Source of the DNA: Eledone cirrhosa | Taxonomy: Eukaryota | DNA length: 64,000 nucleotides | Direction of reading: 5' to 3' | Assembly: GCA_964016885.1 (NCBI GenBank) | Contig: OZ024743.1 | Location: 141,980,001-142,044,000 of the forward strand | Shown here: positions 23,801 to 36,200 of the stretch, piece after piece | Numbering within the stretch: position 1 is the stretch's first letter | Layout: the number at the start of each line of letters is the position of its first letter | Program-made: the position numbers and the translations under genes | Notes under the pieces: model-generated | Database searches by the model: none | Seen by the model: the letters and a program-made list of their open reading frames with translations, nothing else | What the model was told of the DNA's origin: nothing

Positions 23801-26200
23801 TGTTTGGTGTTATATGCTTGGTGTTTGGTGCTTGGTGCTTGGTGTTTGGTGTTTGGTTCTTGATGCTTGGTATTTGGTGCTTGGTGCTTGCTGCTTGGTC
23901 TTTGGTGCTTGGTGATTGATGCTTGGTGTTTGGTGCTTGGTGCTTGGTGTTTGGTTTTTGGTGCTAGGTGCTTGGTGCTTGGTGTTTGGTGCTTGGTGTT
24001 TGGTGTTTGGTGCTTGGTGCTTGGTGTTTGGTACTTGGTGCTTGGTGCTTGGTGTTTGGTGCTTGGTGCTTGGTGTTTGGTGTTTGGTGTTTGGTGCTTG
24101 GTGCTTGGTGTTTGGTGCTTGGTGCTGGGTGGTTGGTGTTTGGTGCTTGGTGCTTGGTGTTTTGTGCTAGGTGCATGGTGCCTGGTGTTTGGTGCTTGGT
24201 GCTTGGTGCTTGGTCTTTGGTGTTTGGTGTTTAGTGCTTGGTGCTTGGTGCTTGGTGCTTGGTGCTTGGTGCTTGGTCCTTGGTGTTTGGTGCTTGGTGC
24301 TTGGTGTTTGGTGTTTGGTGCTTGGTGCTTGGTGCTTCGTGTTTGGTGTTTGGTGCTTGGTGTCTGGAGCTTGGTGTTTGGTGTTTGGTGCTTGGTGCTT
24401 GGTGTTTGGTGCTTGGTGCTTGGTGTTTGGTGCTTGGTGCTTGGTGTTTGTACTTGGTGCTTGGTGCTTGGTGTTTGGTGCTTGGTTCTTGGTGTTTGGT
24501 GCTTGGTGTTTGGAGCTTGGTGCTTGGTGTTTGGTGCTTGGTGCTTGGTGTTTGTACTTGGTGCTTGGTGCTTGGTGTTTGGTGCTTGGTTCTTGGTGTT
24601 TGGTGCTTGGTGTTTGGAGCTTGGTGCTTGGTGTTTGGTGCTTGCTGCTTGGTGTTTGGTGTTTGGTGCTTGGTGCTTGGTGTTTGGTGTTTGGTGCTTG
24701 GTGTTTGGTGTTTGGTGCTTGGTGCTTGGTGTTTGTTGCTTGGTACTTGGTGCATGGTGTTTGGTGCTGGGTGCTTGGTGTTTTGTGCTTGGTTCTTGGT
24801 GTTTGGTGTTTGGTGCTTGGTACTTGGTGTCTGGAGCTTGGTGTTTGGTGTTTGGTGCTTGGTGTTTGGTGCTTGGTGCTTGGTGTTTGGTGTTTGGTGT
24901 TTGATGCTTGGTGTTTTATGCTTGGTGCTTGGTGTTTGGTGCTTGGTGTTTGTATTTGGTGCTTGGTGCTTGGTGTTTTGTGCTTGGTTCTTGGTGTTTG
25001 GTGTTTGGTGCTTGGTACTTGGTGCTTGGTGTTAGGTGTTTGGTGCTTGGTGCTTGGTGTTTGGTGTTTGGTCCTTGGTGCTTGGTGCTTGGTGTTTAGT
25101 GCTTGGTGCTTGGTGTTTGTTGTTTGGTGCTTTCTGTTTGCTGCTTGGTGTTTGCTGCTTGGTGCTTGGTGCTTGGTGTTTGGTGTTTGGTGCTAGGTGC
25201 TTGGTGTTTGGTGTTTGGTGTTTGATGCTTGGTGTTTGGTGCTTGGTGTTTGGTGCTTAGTGCCTGGGGCTTGGTGTTTGGTGCTTGGTGCTTGGTGCTT
25301 GGTGTTTGGTGCTTGGTGCTTGGTGTTTGGTGTTTGGTGTTTGGTGCTTGGTGCTTGGGGTTTGGTGCTTGGTGCATTGTGCTGGGTGGTTGGTATTTGG
25401 TGCTTGGTGCTTGGTGTTTGGTGCTTGGTGCTTGGTGCTTGGTGTTTGGTGCTTGGTGCTTGGTGCTTGGTCTTTGGTGCTTGGTGTTTGGTGTTTGGTG
25501 CTTGGTGCTTTGTGTTTGGTGCTTGGTGATTAGTGTTTGGTGCTTGGTACTTGGTGTTTGGTGCTTGGTGTTTGGTGTTTGCTGTTTGGTGTTTGGTGTT
25601 TGGTGTTTGCTGTTTGGTGTCTGCTTTTTGGTGTTTGGTGTTTGCTGTATGGTGTTTGCTGTTTCGTGTTTGGTGTTTGCTGTTTGGTGTTTGGTGTTTG
25701 CTGTTTGGTGTTTGGTCTTTGGTGCTTGGTGTTTGGTGCTTTGTGCTTGGTGTTTGGTGTTTGGTGCTTGGTGCTTGGTGCTTGGTGTTTGTTGCTTGGT
25801 GTCTGGTGCTTGGTGTCTGGTGCTTGGTGTTTGGTGTTTGGTGTTTGGTGCTTGGTGTTTGGTGTTTGGTGTTTGGTGTTTGGTGCTTGTTGCTTGGTGC
25901 TTGGTGCTTGGTGTTTGGTGCTTGGTGCTTGGTGTTTGGTGCTGGGTGCTTGGTGTTTGGTGCTTGGTGCTTGGTGCTTGGTGTTTGGTGTTTGGTGCTT
26001 GGTGCTTGGTGTTTGGTGTTTGGTGTTATATGCTTGGTGTTTGATGCTTGGTGCTTGGTGCTTGGTGTTTGGTGTTTGGTGCTTGGTGTTTTATGCTTGG
26101 TGTTTGATGTTTGGTGCTTGGCGCTTGGTGTTTGGTGCTTGGTGCTTGGTGTTTGTACTTGGTGCTTGGTGCTTGGTTCTTGGTGTTTGGTGCTTGGTAT
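9700..26200. repeat. Long-range copies within the left domain: about 12.0-12.5 kb and about 7.05-7.14 kb offsets
   Basis: 11497/23964, 11704/24171, 11764/24231 and 12441/24908 are offset by 12467. 13170/25197 and 13506/25533 are offset by 12027. 15008/22058, 15274/22324 and 15533/22583 are offset by 7050, and 16733/23867 by 7134. Confidence 0.8.
16730..21720. repeat. Local duplications of about 1.34-1.39 kb and about 0.66 kb
   Basis: 17037/18378 (1341), 17363/18753 (1390), 17936/19327 (1391), 20445/21110 (665) and 20749/21407 (658). A shared TTTTGTGCTAGGTGCATGGTGCCTGG landmark occurs near 17026, 18367, 20738, 21396 and 24160. Confidence 0.8.
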
Positions 26201-29200
26201 TAGGTGTTTGGTGCTTGGTGCTTGGTGTTTGGTGTTTGGTGCTTGGTGTTTGGTGTTTGGTGCTTGGTGTTTGGTGCTTGTTACTTGGTGCTTGGTGCTT
26301 GGTGTTAGGTGTTTGGTGCTTGGTGCTTGGTGTTTGGTTTTTGGTGCTTGGTGCTTGGTGTTTGGTGTTTGGTGCTTGCTGCTGGCTGCTTGGTGTTTGG
26401 TGCTTGGTGATTGGTGCTTGGTGTTTGGTGCTTGGTGTTTGGTGTTTGGTAATAGGTGCTTGGTGCTTGGTGTTTGGTGCTTGGTGCTTGGTGTTTGGTG
26501 TTTGGTGCTTGGTGCTTGGTGTTTGGTGCTTGGTGCTGGGTTCTGGGTGGTTGGTGTTTGGTGCTTGGTGCTTGGTGCTGGGTGCTTGGTGTTTGGTGCT
26601 TGGTGCTTGATCTTTGGTGTTTGGTGTTTGGTGTTTGGGGCTTGGTGCTTGGTGCTTGGTGCTTAGTGTTTGGTGCTAGGTGCTTGGGGTTTGGTGTTTG
26701 GTGCTTGGTGCTTGGTGTTTGGTGCTTGGTGCTTGGTGTTTGGTGTTTGGTGCTTAGTGCTTGGTGTTTGGTGTTTCCTGTTTGCTGTTTGGTGTTTGGT
26801 GTTTGGTGTTTGCTGTTTGGTGTCTGCTTTTTGGTGTTTGGTGTTTGCTGTATGTTATTTGCTGTTTGGTGTTTGGTGTTTGGTGTTTGGTGCTTGGTGC
26901 TTGGTGTTTGGTGCTTGGTGCTTGGTGTTTGGTGCCAGGTGCTTGGGGCTTGGTGTTTGGTGTTTGGTGCTTGGTGCTTGGAGTTTGGTGTTTGGTGCTT
27001 GGTGCTTGGTGTTTTGTGTTTGGTGTTTGGTTTTTGGTGCTTGGTGCTTGGTGCTTGGTGCTTGGTCCTTGGTGTTTGGTGCTTGGTGCTTGGTGTTTGT
27101 ACTTGGTGCTTGGTGCTTGGTGTTTGGTTCTTGGTTCTTGGTGTTTGGTACTTGGTGCTTGGTGCTTGGTGCTTGGTGTTTGGTGTTTGGTGCTTGGTGT
27201 TTGGTGCTTGGTGCTTGGTGCTTGGTGTTAGGTGTTTGGTGCTTGGTGCTTGGTGTTTGGTGCTTGGTGTTTGGTGTTTGCTGTTTGCTGTTTGGTGTTT
27301 GGTGTTTGGTGTTTGGTGTTTGCTGTTTGGTGTTTGGTGTTTGGTGTTTGGTGTTTGCTGTATGGTGTTTGCTGTTTCGTGTTTGGTGTTTGCTGTTTTC
27401 TGTTTGGTGTTTGCTGTTTGGTGTTTGGTCTTTGGTGCTTGGTGTTTGGTGCTTGGTGCTTGGTGTTTGGTGTTTGGTGCTTGGTGCTTGGTGCTTCGTG
27501 TTTGGTGTTTGGTGCTTGGTGTCTGGAGCCTGGTGTTTGGTGTTTGGTGCTTGGTGTTTGGTGTTTGGTGCTTGGTGCTTGGTGTTTGGTGCTTGGTGCT
27601 TGGTGTTTGTACTTGGTGCTTGGTGCTTGGTGTTTGGTGCTTGTTTCTTGGTGTTTGGTGCTTGGTGTTTGGTGCTTGGTGCTTGGTGCTTGGTGCTTGG
27701 TGCTTGGTGCTTGGTGTTAGGTGTTTGGTGCTTGGTGCTTGGTGTTTGGTGTTTGGTTCTTGGTGCTTGGTATTTGGTGCTTGGTGCTTGCTGCTTGGTG
27801 TTTGGTGCTTGGTGATTGATGCTTGGTGTTTGGTGCTTGGTGCTTGGTGTTTGGTTTTTGGTGCTAGGTGCTTGGTGCTTGGTGTTTGGTGCTTGGTATT
27901 TGGTGTTTGGTGCTTGGTGCTTGGTGTTTGGTACTTGGTGCTTGGCGCTTGGTGTTTGGTGCTTGGTGCTTGGTGTTTGGTGTTTGGTGTTTGGTGCTTG
28001 GTGCTTGGTGTTTGGTGCTGGGTGCTTGGTGCTGGGTGGTTGGTGTTTGGTGCTTGGTGCTTGGTGTTTGGTGCTAGGTGCATGGTGCTTGGTGTTTGGT
28101 GCTTGGTGCTTGGTGCTTGGTCTTTGGTGTTTGGTGTTTAGTGCTTGGTGCTTGGTGCTTGGTGCTTGGTGCTTGGTCCTTGGTGTTTGGTGCTTGGTGC
28201 TTGGTGTTTGGTGTTTGGTGCTTGGTGCTTGGTGCTTCGTGTTTGGTGTTTGGTGCTTGGTGTCTGGAGCTTGGTGTTTGGTGTTTGGTGCTTGGTGTTT
28301 GGTGTTTGGTGCTTGGTGCTTGGTGTTTGTTGCTTGGTGCTTGGTGTTTGTACTTGGTGTTTTGTGCTTGGTGTTTGGTGCTTGGTTCTTGGTGTTTGGT
28401 GCTTGGTGTTTGGAGCTTGGTGCTTGGTGTTTGGTGCTTGGTGCTTGGTGTTTGTACTTGGTGCTTGGTGCTTGGTGTTTGGTGCTTGGTTCTTGGTGTT
28501 TGGTGCTTGGTGTTTGGAGCTTGGTGCTTGGTGTTTGGTGCTTGGTGCTTGGTGTTTGGTGTTTGGTGCTTGGTGATTGATGCTTGGTGTTTGGTGCTTG
28601 GTGCTTGGTGTTTGGTTTTTGGTGCTAGGTGCTTGGTGCTTGGTGTTTGGTGCTTGGTGTTTGGTGTTTGGTGCTTGGTGCTTGGGGCTTGGTGTTTGGT
28701 ACTTGGTGCTTGGTGCTTGGTGTTTGGTGCTTGGTGCTTGGTGTTTGGTGTTTGGTGTTTGGTGCTTGGTGCTTGGTGTTTGGTGCTTGGTGCTTGGTGC
28801 TGGGTGGTTGGTGTTTGGTGCTTGGTGCTTGGTGTTTGGTGCTTGGTGCATGGTGCTTGGTGTTTGGTGCTTGGTGCTTGGTGCTTGGTCTTTGGTGTTT
28901 GGTGTTTAGTGCTTGGTGCTTGGTGCTTGGTGCTTGGTGCATTGTGATTAGTGTTTGGTGCTTGGTCCTTGGGGTTTGGTGTTTGGTGCTTGGTGCTTGG
29001 TGTTTGGTGCTGGGTACTTGGTGTTTGGTGCTTGGTGTTTGCTGTTTGCTGTTTGGTGTTTTTGGTGTTTGCTGTTTGCTGTTTGGTGTCTGCTTTTTGG
29101 TGTTTGGTGTTTGCTCTATGGTGTTTGCTGTTTCATGTTTGGTGTTTGCTGTTTGGTGTTTGGTGTTTGGTGTTTGGTGTTTGGTCTTTGGTGCTTGGTG

Positions 29201-29439
29201 TTTGGTGTTTGGTGCTTGGTGCTTGGTGCTTGGTGTTTGGTGTTTGGTGTTTGGTGCTTGGTGCCTGGTGCTTGTAGTTTGGTGATTGGTGCTTGGTGTT
29301 TGCTGTTTGGTGTTTGGTGTTTGGTGTTTGCTGTTTGGTGTTTGGTGCTTGGTGCTTGGTGCTTGGTGTTTGGTGCTTGGTGCTTGGTGTTTGGTGTTTG
29401 GTGCTTGGTGTTTGGTGCTTGGTGCCTGGTGCTTGTTGT

Positions 29440-30220
29440 TTGGTGCTTGGTGTTTGGTGTTTGGTGTTTGGTGCTTGTTGTTTGGTGCTTGGTGTTTGGT
29501 GTTTGGTGCTTGGTGCTTGGTGTTTGGTGTTTGATGCTTGGTGCTTGGTGCTTGGTGTTTGGTGTTTGCTGCTTGGTGTCTGGTGCTTGGTGCTGGGTGC
29601 TTGGTGTTTGGTGCTTGGTGATTGGTGCTTGGTCTTTGGTGCTGGGTGCTTGGTGTTTGGTGTTTGATGCTTGGTGTTTGATGCTTGGTGCTTGGTGCTT
29701 GGTGTTTGGTGCTTGACGCTTGGTGTTTGTACTTTGTGCTTGGTGCTTGGTGTTTTGTGCTTGGTTCTTGGTGTTTGGTGCTTGGTGTTTCGTGCTTGGT
29801 GCTTGGTGTTTGGTGCTTGGTGCTTGGTGTTTGGTGCTTGGTGTTTGGTGCTTGTTGTTTGGTGCTTGGTGTTTGGTGTTTGGTGCTTGGTGCTTGGTGT
29901 TTGGTGTTTGATGCTTGGTGCTTGGTGCTTGGTGTTTGGTGTTTGCTGCTTGGTGTCTGGTGCTTGGTGCTGGGTGCTTGGTGTTTGGTGCTTGGTGATT
30001 GGTGCTTGGTCTTTGGTGCTGGGTGCTTGGTGTTTGGTGTTTGATGCTTGGTGTTTGATGCTTGGTGCTTGGTGCTTGGTGTTTGGTGCTTGACGCTTGG
30101 TGTTTGTACTTTGTGCTTGGTGCTTGGTGTTTTGTGCTTGGTTCTTGGTGTTTGGTGCTTGGTGTTTCGTGCTTGGTGCTTGGTGTTTGGTGCTTGGTGC
30201 TTGGTGTTTGGTGCTTGGTG
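29440..30220. repeat. Near-perfect 377-bp tandem duplication
   Basis: ORF-track pairs 29671/30048 and 29685/30062. The private variants CTTGACGC (29712/30089) and TTGTACTTTGTG are present in both copies. Confidence 0.9.
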
Positions 30221-33200
30221 TTTGGTGCTTGGTGTTTGGTGCTTGGTGTTAGGTGTTTGGTGCTTGGTGTTTGGTGTTTGGTGCTTCATGCTTGGTGCTT
30301 GGTGTTTGGTGCTTGGTGCTTGGTGTTTGGTGTTTGGTGCCTGGTGCATGGTGTTTGGTGCTTGATGCTTGGTGATTGGTGTTTGCTGTTAGGTGTTTGG
30401 TGCTTGGTGCTTGGTGTTTGGTGCTTGGTGCTTGGTGTTTGGTGTTTGGTGCCTGGTGATTGTTGGTTGGTGTATGGTGCTTGGTGCTTGGTGTTTGGTG
30501 CTAGGTGCGTGGTGCTTGGTGCTTGGTGTTTGGTGCTTGGTGTTTGGTGCTTGGCACTTGGGGTTTGGTGTTTGGTGCTTGGTGCTTGGTGCTTGGTGTT
30601 TGGTGCTTGGTGCTTGGTGTTTGGTGTTTGGTGCTTGGTGTTTGGTGCTTGGTGCTTGGTGCTGGGTGATTGGTGTTTGGTGCTTGGTGCTTGGTGTTTG
30701 GTGTTTGGTGCTTGGTGCTTGGTGCTTGGTGTTTGGTGCTTGGTGCTTGGTGCTTGGTCTTTGGTGCTTGGTGTTTGGTGTTTGTTGTTTGGTGCTTGGT
30801 GTTTGGTGCTTGGTGCTTGGTGATTAGTGTTTGGTGCTTGGTGCTTGGTGTTTGGTGTTTGCTGTTTCCTGTTTGGTCTTTAGTCTTTGGTGCTTGGTGT
30901 TTGGTGCTTGGTGCTTGGTGTTTGGTATTTGGTGCTTGGTGTTTGGTGCTTGGTGCTTGGTACTTGTTGTTTGGTGATTGGTGCTTGGTGCTTGGTGTTT
31001 GGTGTTTGGTGCTTGGGGCTTGGTGTTTGGTGCTGCGTGCTTGGTGATTGGTGCTTGGTGCTTGGTGTTTTGTGTTTGGTGTTTGATGCTTGGTGTTTGG
31101 TGTTTGGTGCTTGGTGCTTGGTGTTTGGTGTTTGATGCTTGGTACTTGATGCTTGGTGCTTGGTGCTTGGTGTTTGGTGCTTGGTGCTTGGTGTTTGTAC
31201 TTGTTGCTTGGTGCTTGGTGTTTGGTGCTTGGTTTTTGGTGCTTGGTGTTTGGTGTTTGCTGTTTGCTGTTTGGTGCTTGGTGTTTGCTGTTTGGTGTTT
31301 GGTGCTTGCTGTTTGGTGCTTGGTGTTTGGTGCTTGGTGCTTAGTGTTTGGTGTTTGGTGTTTGGTGCTTGGTGCTTGGGGCTTGGTGTTTGGTGCTTGG
31401 TGCTTGGTGCTTGGTGCTTGGTGCATGGTGCTTGGTGCTTGGGGTTTGGTGCTTGGTGCTTGGTGTTTGTACTTGTTGCTTGGTACTTGGTGTTTGGTGC
31501 TTGGTTTTTGGTGCTTGGTGTTTGGTGTTTGCTGTTTGCTGTTTGGTGCTTGGTGTTTGCTGTTTGGTGTTTGTTGTTTGGTGTTTGCTGTTTGGTGTTT
31601 GCTGTTTGGTGTTTGGTGCTTGCTGTTTGGTGCTTGGTGTTTGGTGCTTGGTGCTTAGTGTTTGGTGTTTGCGGTTTGCTGTTTGGTGTTTGGTGCTTGG
31701 TGCTTGGTGCTTGGTGTTTGGTGTTTGGTGCTTGGTGTTTGGTGTTTGGTTCTTGGTGCTTGGATTTTGGTGCTTGGTGCCTGGTGCTTGGTGTTTGGTG
31801 TTTGATGCTTGGTGCTTGATGCTTGGTGCTTGGTGTTTGGTGCTTGGTGCTTGGTGTTTGTACTTGTTACTTGGTGCTTGGTGTCTGGTGTTTGGTGCTT
31901 GGTGTCTGGTGTTTTGTGCTTGGTGTTTGGTGTTTGGTGCTTGGTGCTTGGTGTTTGGTGTTTGGTGCTTGGTGCTTGGTGTTTGGTGTTTAGTGCTTGG
32001 TGTTTGGTGTTTGGTGCTTGGTGCTTGGTGTTTGTTGCTTGGTACTTGGTGCATGGTGTTTGGTGCTGGGTGCTTGGTGTTTGGTGCTTGGTGTTTGGTG
32101 CTTGGTGCTTGGTGTTTGGTGTTTGGTGCTTGATGCTTGGTGCTTGGTGTTTGGTGCTTGGTGTTTGTACTTGGTGCTTGGTGCTTGGTGTTTTGTGCTT
32201 AGTTCTTGGTGTTTGGTGTTTGGTGCTTGGTGCTTGGTGCTTGGTGTTAGGTGTTTGGCGCTTGGTGCTTGGTGTTTGGTGTTTGGTCCTTGGTGCTTCG
32301 TGTTTAGTGCTTGGTGCTTGCTGTTTGTTGTTTGGTGCTTTCTGCTTGCTGCTTGGTGTTTGGTGCTTGGTCATTGGTGCTTGGTGTTTGGTGCTTGGTG
32401 CTTGGTGTTTGGTGTTTGGTGCTTCGTGCTTGGGGTTTGGTGTTTGGTGCTTGGTGCTTGGTGCTTGGTGTTTGGTGTTTGGTGTTTGGTGTTTGGTGCT
32501 TCGTGCTTGGGGTTTGGTGTTTGGTGCTTGGTGCTTGGTGCTTGGTCTTTGGTGCTTGGTGCTTGGTGTTTGGTGTTTCGTGTTTGGTGCTTGGTGCTTG
32601 GTGTTTGGTGCTTGGTGCTTGGTGCTGGGTGGTTGGTATTTGGTGCTTGGTGCTTGGTGTTTTGTGCTTGGTGCTTGGTGCTTGGTGTTTGGTGCTTGGT
32701 GCTTGGTGCTTGGTCTTTGGTGCTTGGTGTTTGGTGTTTGGTGCTTGGTGCTTGGTGCTTGGTGTTTGGTGCTTGGTGATTAGTGTTTGGTGCTTGGTGC
32801 TTGGGGTTTGGTGTTTGGTGCTCGGTGCTTGGTGTTTGGTGCTTGGTACTTGGTGTCTGGTGCTTGGTGTTTGGTGTTTGCTGTTTGGTGTTTGGTGTTT
32901 GGTGTTTGGTGTTTGCTGTTTGGTGTCTGCTTTTTGGTGTTTGGTGTTTGCTGTATGGTGTTTGCTGTTTCGTGTTTGGTGTTTGCTGTTTGGTGTTTGG
33001 TGTTTGCTGTTAGGTGTTTGGTCTTTGGTGCTTGGTGTTTGGTGCTTGGTGTTTGGTGTTTGGTGCTTGGTGCTTGGTGTTTGGTGTTTGGTGCTTGGTG
33101 CTTGGTGCTTGGTGTTTGGTGTTTGGTGCTTGGTGTTTGGTGTTTGGTGTTTGGTGCTTGGTGTTTGGTGTTTGGTGCCTGGTGTTTGGTGTTTATTGCT

Positions 33201-36200
33201 TGTTGCTTGGTGCTTGGTGCTTGGTGTTTGGTGTTTGGTGCTTGGTGCTTGGTGTTTGGTGCTTGGTGCTTGGTGTTTGTACTTGGTGCTTGGTGCTTGG
33301 TGTTTGGTGCTTGGTGCTTGGTGTTTGGTGCTTGGTGCTTGGTGTTTGGTGTTAGGTGTTTGGTGCTTGGTGCTTGGTGTTTGGTGTTTGGTTCTTGGTG
33401 CTTGGTATTTGGTGCTTGGTGCTTGCTGCTTGGTGTTTGGTGCTTGGTGATGGATGCTTGGTGTTTGGTGCTTGGTGCTTGGTGTTTGGTTTTTGGTGCT
33501 AGGTGCTTGGTGCTTGGTGTTTGGTGCTTGGTGTTTGGTGTTTGGTGCTTGGTGCTTGGTGTTTGGTACTTGGTGCTTGGTGCTTGGTGTTTGGTGCTTG
33601 GTGTTTGGTGTTTGGTGCTTGGTGCTTGGTGTTTGGTACTTGGTGATTAGTGTTTGGTGCTTGGTGCTTGGTGTTTGGTGTTTGGTGCTTGGTGCTTGGT
33701 GTTTGGTGCTTGGTACTTGGTGTTTGGTGCTTGGTGTTTGGTGTTTGCTGTTTGGTGTTTGGTGTTTGGTGTTTGGTGTTTGCTGTTTGGTGTCTGCTTT
33801 TTGGTGTTTGGTGTTTGCTGTATGGTGTTTGCTGTTTCGTGTTTGGTGTTTGCTGTTAGGTGTTTGGTCTTTGGTGCTTGGTGTTTGGTGCTTGGTGTTT
33901 GGTGTTTGGTGCTTGGTGCTTGGTGTTTGGTGTTTGGTGCTTGGTGCTTGGTGCTTGGTGTTTGGTGTTTGGTGCTTGGTGTTTGGTGTTTGGTGGCTGG
34001 TGTTTGGTGTTTATTGCTTGTTGCTTGGTGCTTGGTGCTTGGTGTTTGGTGTTTGGTGCTTGGTGCTTGGTGTTTGGTGCTTGGTGCTTGGTGTTTGTAC
34101 TTGGTGCTTGGTGCTTGGTGTTTGCTGCTTGGTTCTTGGTGTTTGGTGTTTGGTGTTTGGTGCTTGGTGCTTGGTGTTTGGTGCTTGGTGCTTGGTGTTT
34201 GGTGTTTGGTGCTTGGTGCTTGGTGCTTGGTGTTTGGTGTTTGGTGCTTGGTGCTTGGTGTTTGGTGTTTGGTTCTTGGTGCTTGGTATTTGGTGCTTGG
34301 TGCTTGCTGCTTGGTGTTTGGTGCTTGGTGATTGATGCTTGGTGTTTGGTGCTTGGTGCTTGGTGTTTGGTTTTTGGTGCTAGGTGCTTGGTGCTTGGTG
34401 TTTGGTTTTTGCTGTTTGGTGTTTGGTGTTTGGTGTTTGCTGTTTGCTGTTTGCTTTTTGGTGTTTGGTGTTTGCTGTATGGTGTTTGCTGTTTCGTGTT
34501 TGGTGTTTGCTGTTAGGTGTTTGGTCTTTGGTGCTTGGTGTTTGGTGCTTGGTGTTTGGTGTTTGGTGCTTGGTGCTTGGTGTTTGGTGTTTGGTGCTTG
34601 GTGCTTGGTGCTTGGTGTTTGGTGTTTGGTGCTTGGTGTTTGGTATTTGGTGTTTGGTGCTTGGTGTTTGTTGTTTGGTGGCTGGTGTTTGGTGTTTATT
34701 GCTTGTTGCTTGGTGCTTGGTGCTTGGTGTTTGGTGTTTGGTGCTTGGTGCTTGGTGCTTGGTGTTTGGTGCTTGGTGCTTGGTGTTTGTACTTGGTGCT
34801 TGGTGCTTGGTGTTTGGTGCTTGGTTCTTGGTGTTTGGTGCTTGGTGTTTGGTGCTTGGTGCTTGGTGTTTGGTGCTTGGTGCTTGGTGTTTGATGTTTG
34901 GTGCTTGGTGCTTGGTGCTTGGTGTTAGGTGTTTGGTGCTTGGTGCTTGGTGTTTGGTGTTTGGTTCTTGGTGCTTGGTATTTGGTGCTTGGTGCTTGCT
35001 GCTTGGTGTTTGGTGCTTGGTGATTGATGCTTGGTGTTTGGTGCTTGGTGCTTGGTGTTTGGTTTTTGGTGCTAGGTGCTTGGTGCTTGGTGTTTGGTGC
35101 TTGGTGTTTGGTGTTTGGTGCTTGGTGCTTGGTGTTTGGTACTTGGTGCTTGGTGCTTGGTGTTTGGTGCTTGGTGCTTGGTGTTTGGTGTTTGGTGTTT
35201 GGTGCTTGGTGCTTGGTGTTTGGTGCTTGGTGCTTGGTGCTGGGTGGTTGGTGTTTGGTGCTTGGTGCTTGGTGTTTGGTGCTAGGTGCATGGTGCTTGG
35301 TGTTTGGTGCTTGGTGCTTGGTGCTTGGTCTTTGGTGTTTGGTGTTTAGTGCTTGGTGCTTGGTGCTTGGTGCTTGGTGCTTGGTCCTTGGTGTTTGGTG
35401 CTTGGTGCTTGGTGTTTGGTGTTTGGTGCTTGGTGCTTGGTGCTTTGTGTTTGGTGTTTGGTGCTTGGTGTCTGGAGCTTGGTGTTTGGTGTTTGGTGCT
35501 TGGTGTTTGGTGTTTGGTGCTTGGTGCTTGGTGTTTGGTGCTTGGTGCTTGGTGTTTGTACTTGGTGCTTGGTGCTTGGTGTTTGGTGCTTGGTTCTTGG
35601 TGTTTGGTGCTTGGTGTTTGGAGCTTGGTGCTTGGTGTTTGGTGCTTGGTGCTTGGTGTTTGTACTTGGTGCTTGGTGCTTGGTGTTTGGTGCTTGGTTC
35701 TTGGTGTTTGGTGCTTGGTGTTTGGAGCTTGGTGCTTGGTGTTTGGTGCTTGGTGCTTGGTGTTTGGTGTTTGGTGCTTGGTGCTAGGTGTTTGGTGCTT
35801 GGTGCTTGGTGTTTGGTGTTTGGTTCTTGGTGCTTGGTATTTGGTGCTTGGTGTTTGCTGTTTGGTGCTAGATGCTTGGTGCTTGGTGTTTGGTGTTTGG
35901 TGTTTGGTGTTTGGTGCTTCGTGCTTGGGGTTTGGTGTTTGGTGCTTGGTGCTTGGTGCTTGGTCTTTGGTGCTTGGTGCTTGGTGTTTGGTGTTTCGTG
36001 TTTGGTGCTTGGTGTTTGGTGCTTGGTGCTTGGTGCTGGGTGGTTGGTATTTGGTGCTTGGTGCTTGGTGTTTGGTGCTTGGTGCTTGGTGCTTGGTGTT
36101 TGGTGCTTGGTGCTTGGTGTTTGTTGTTTGGTGCTTTCTGCTTGCTGCTTGGTGTTTGGTGCTTGGTCATTGGTGCTTGGTGTTTGGTGCTTGGTGCTTG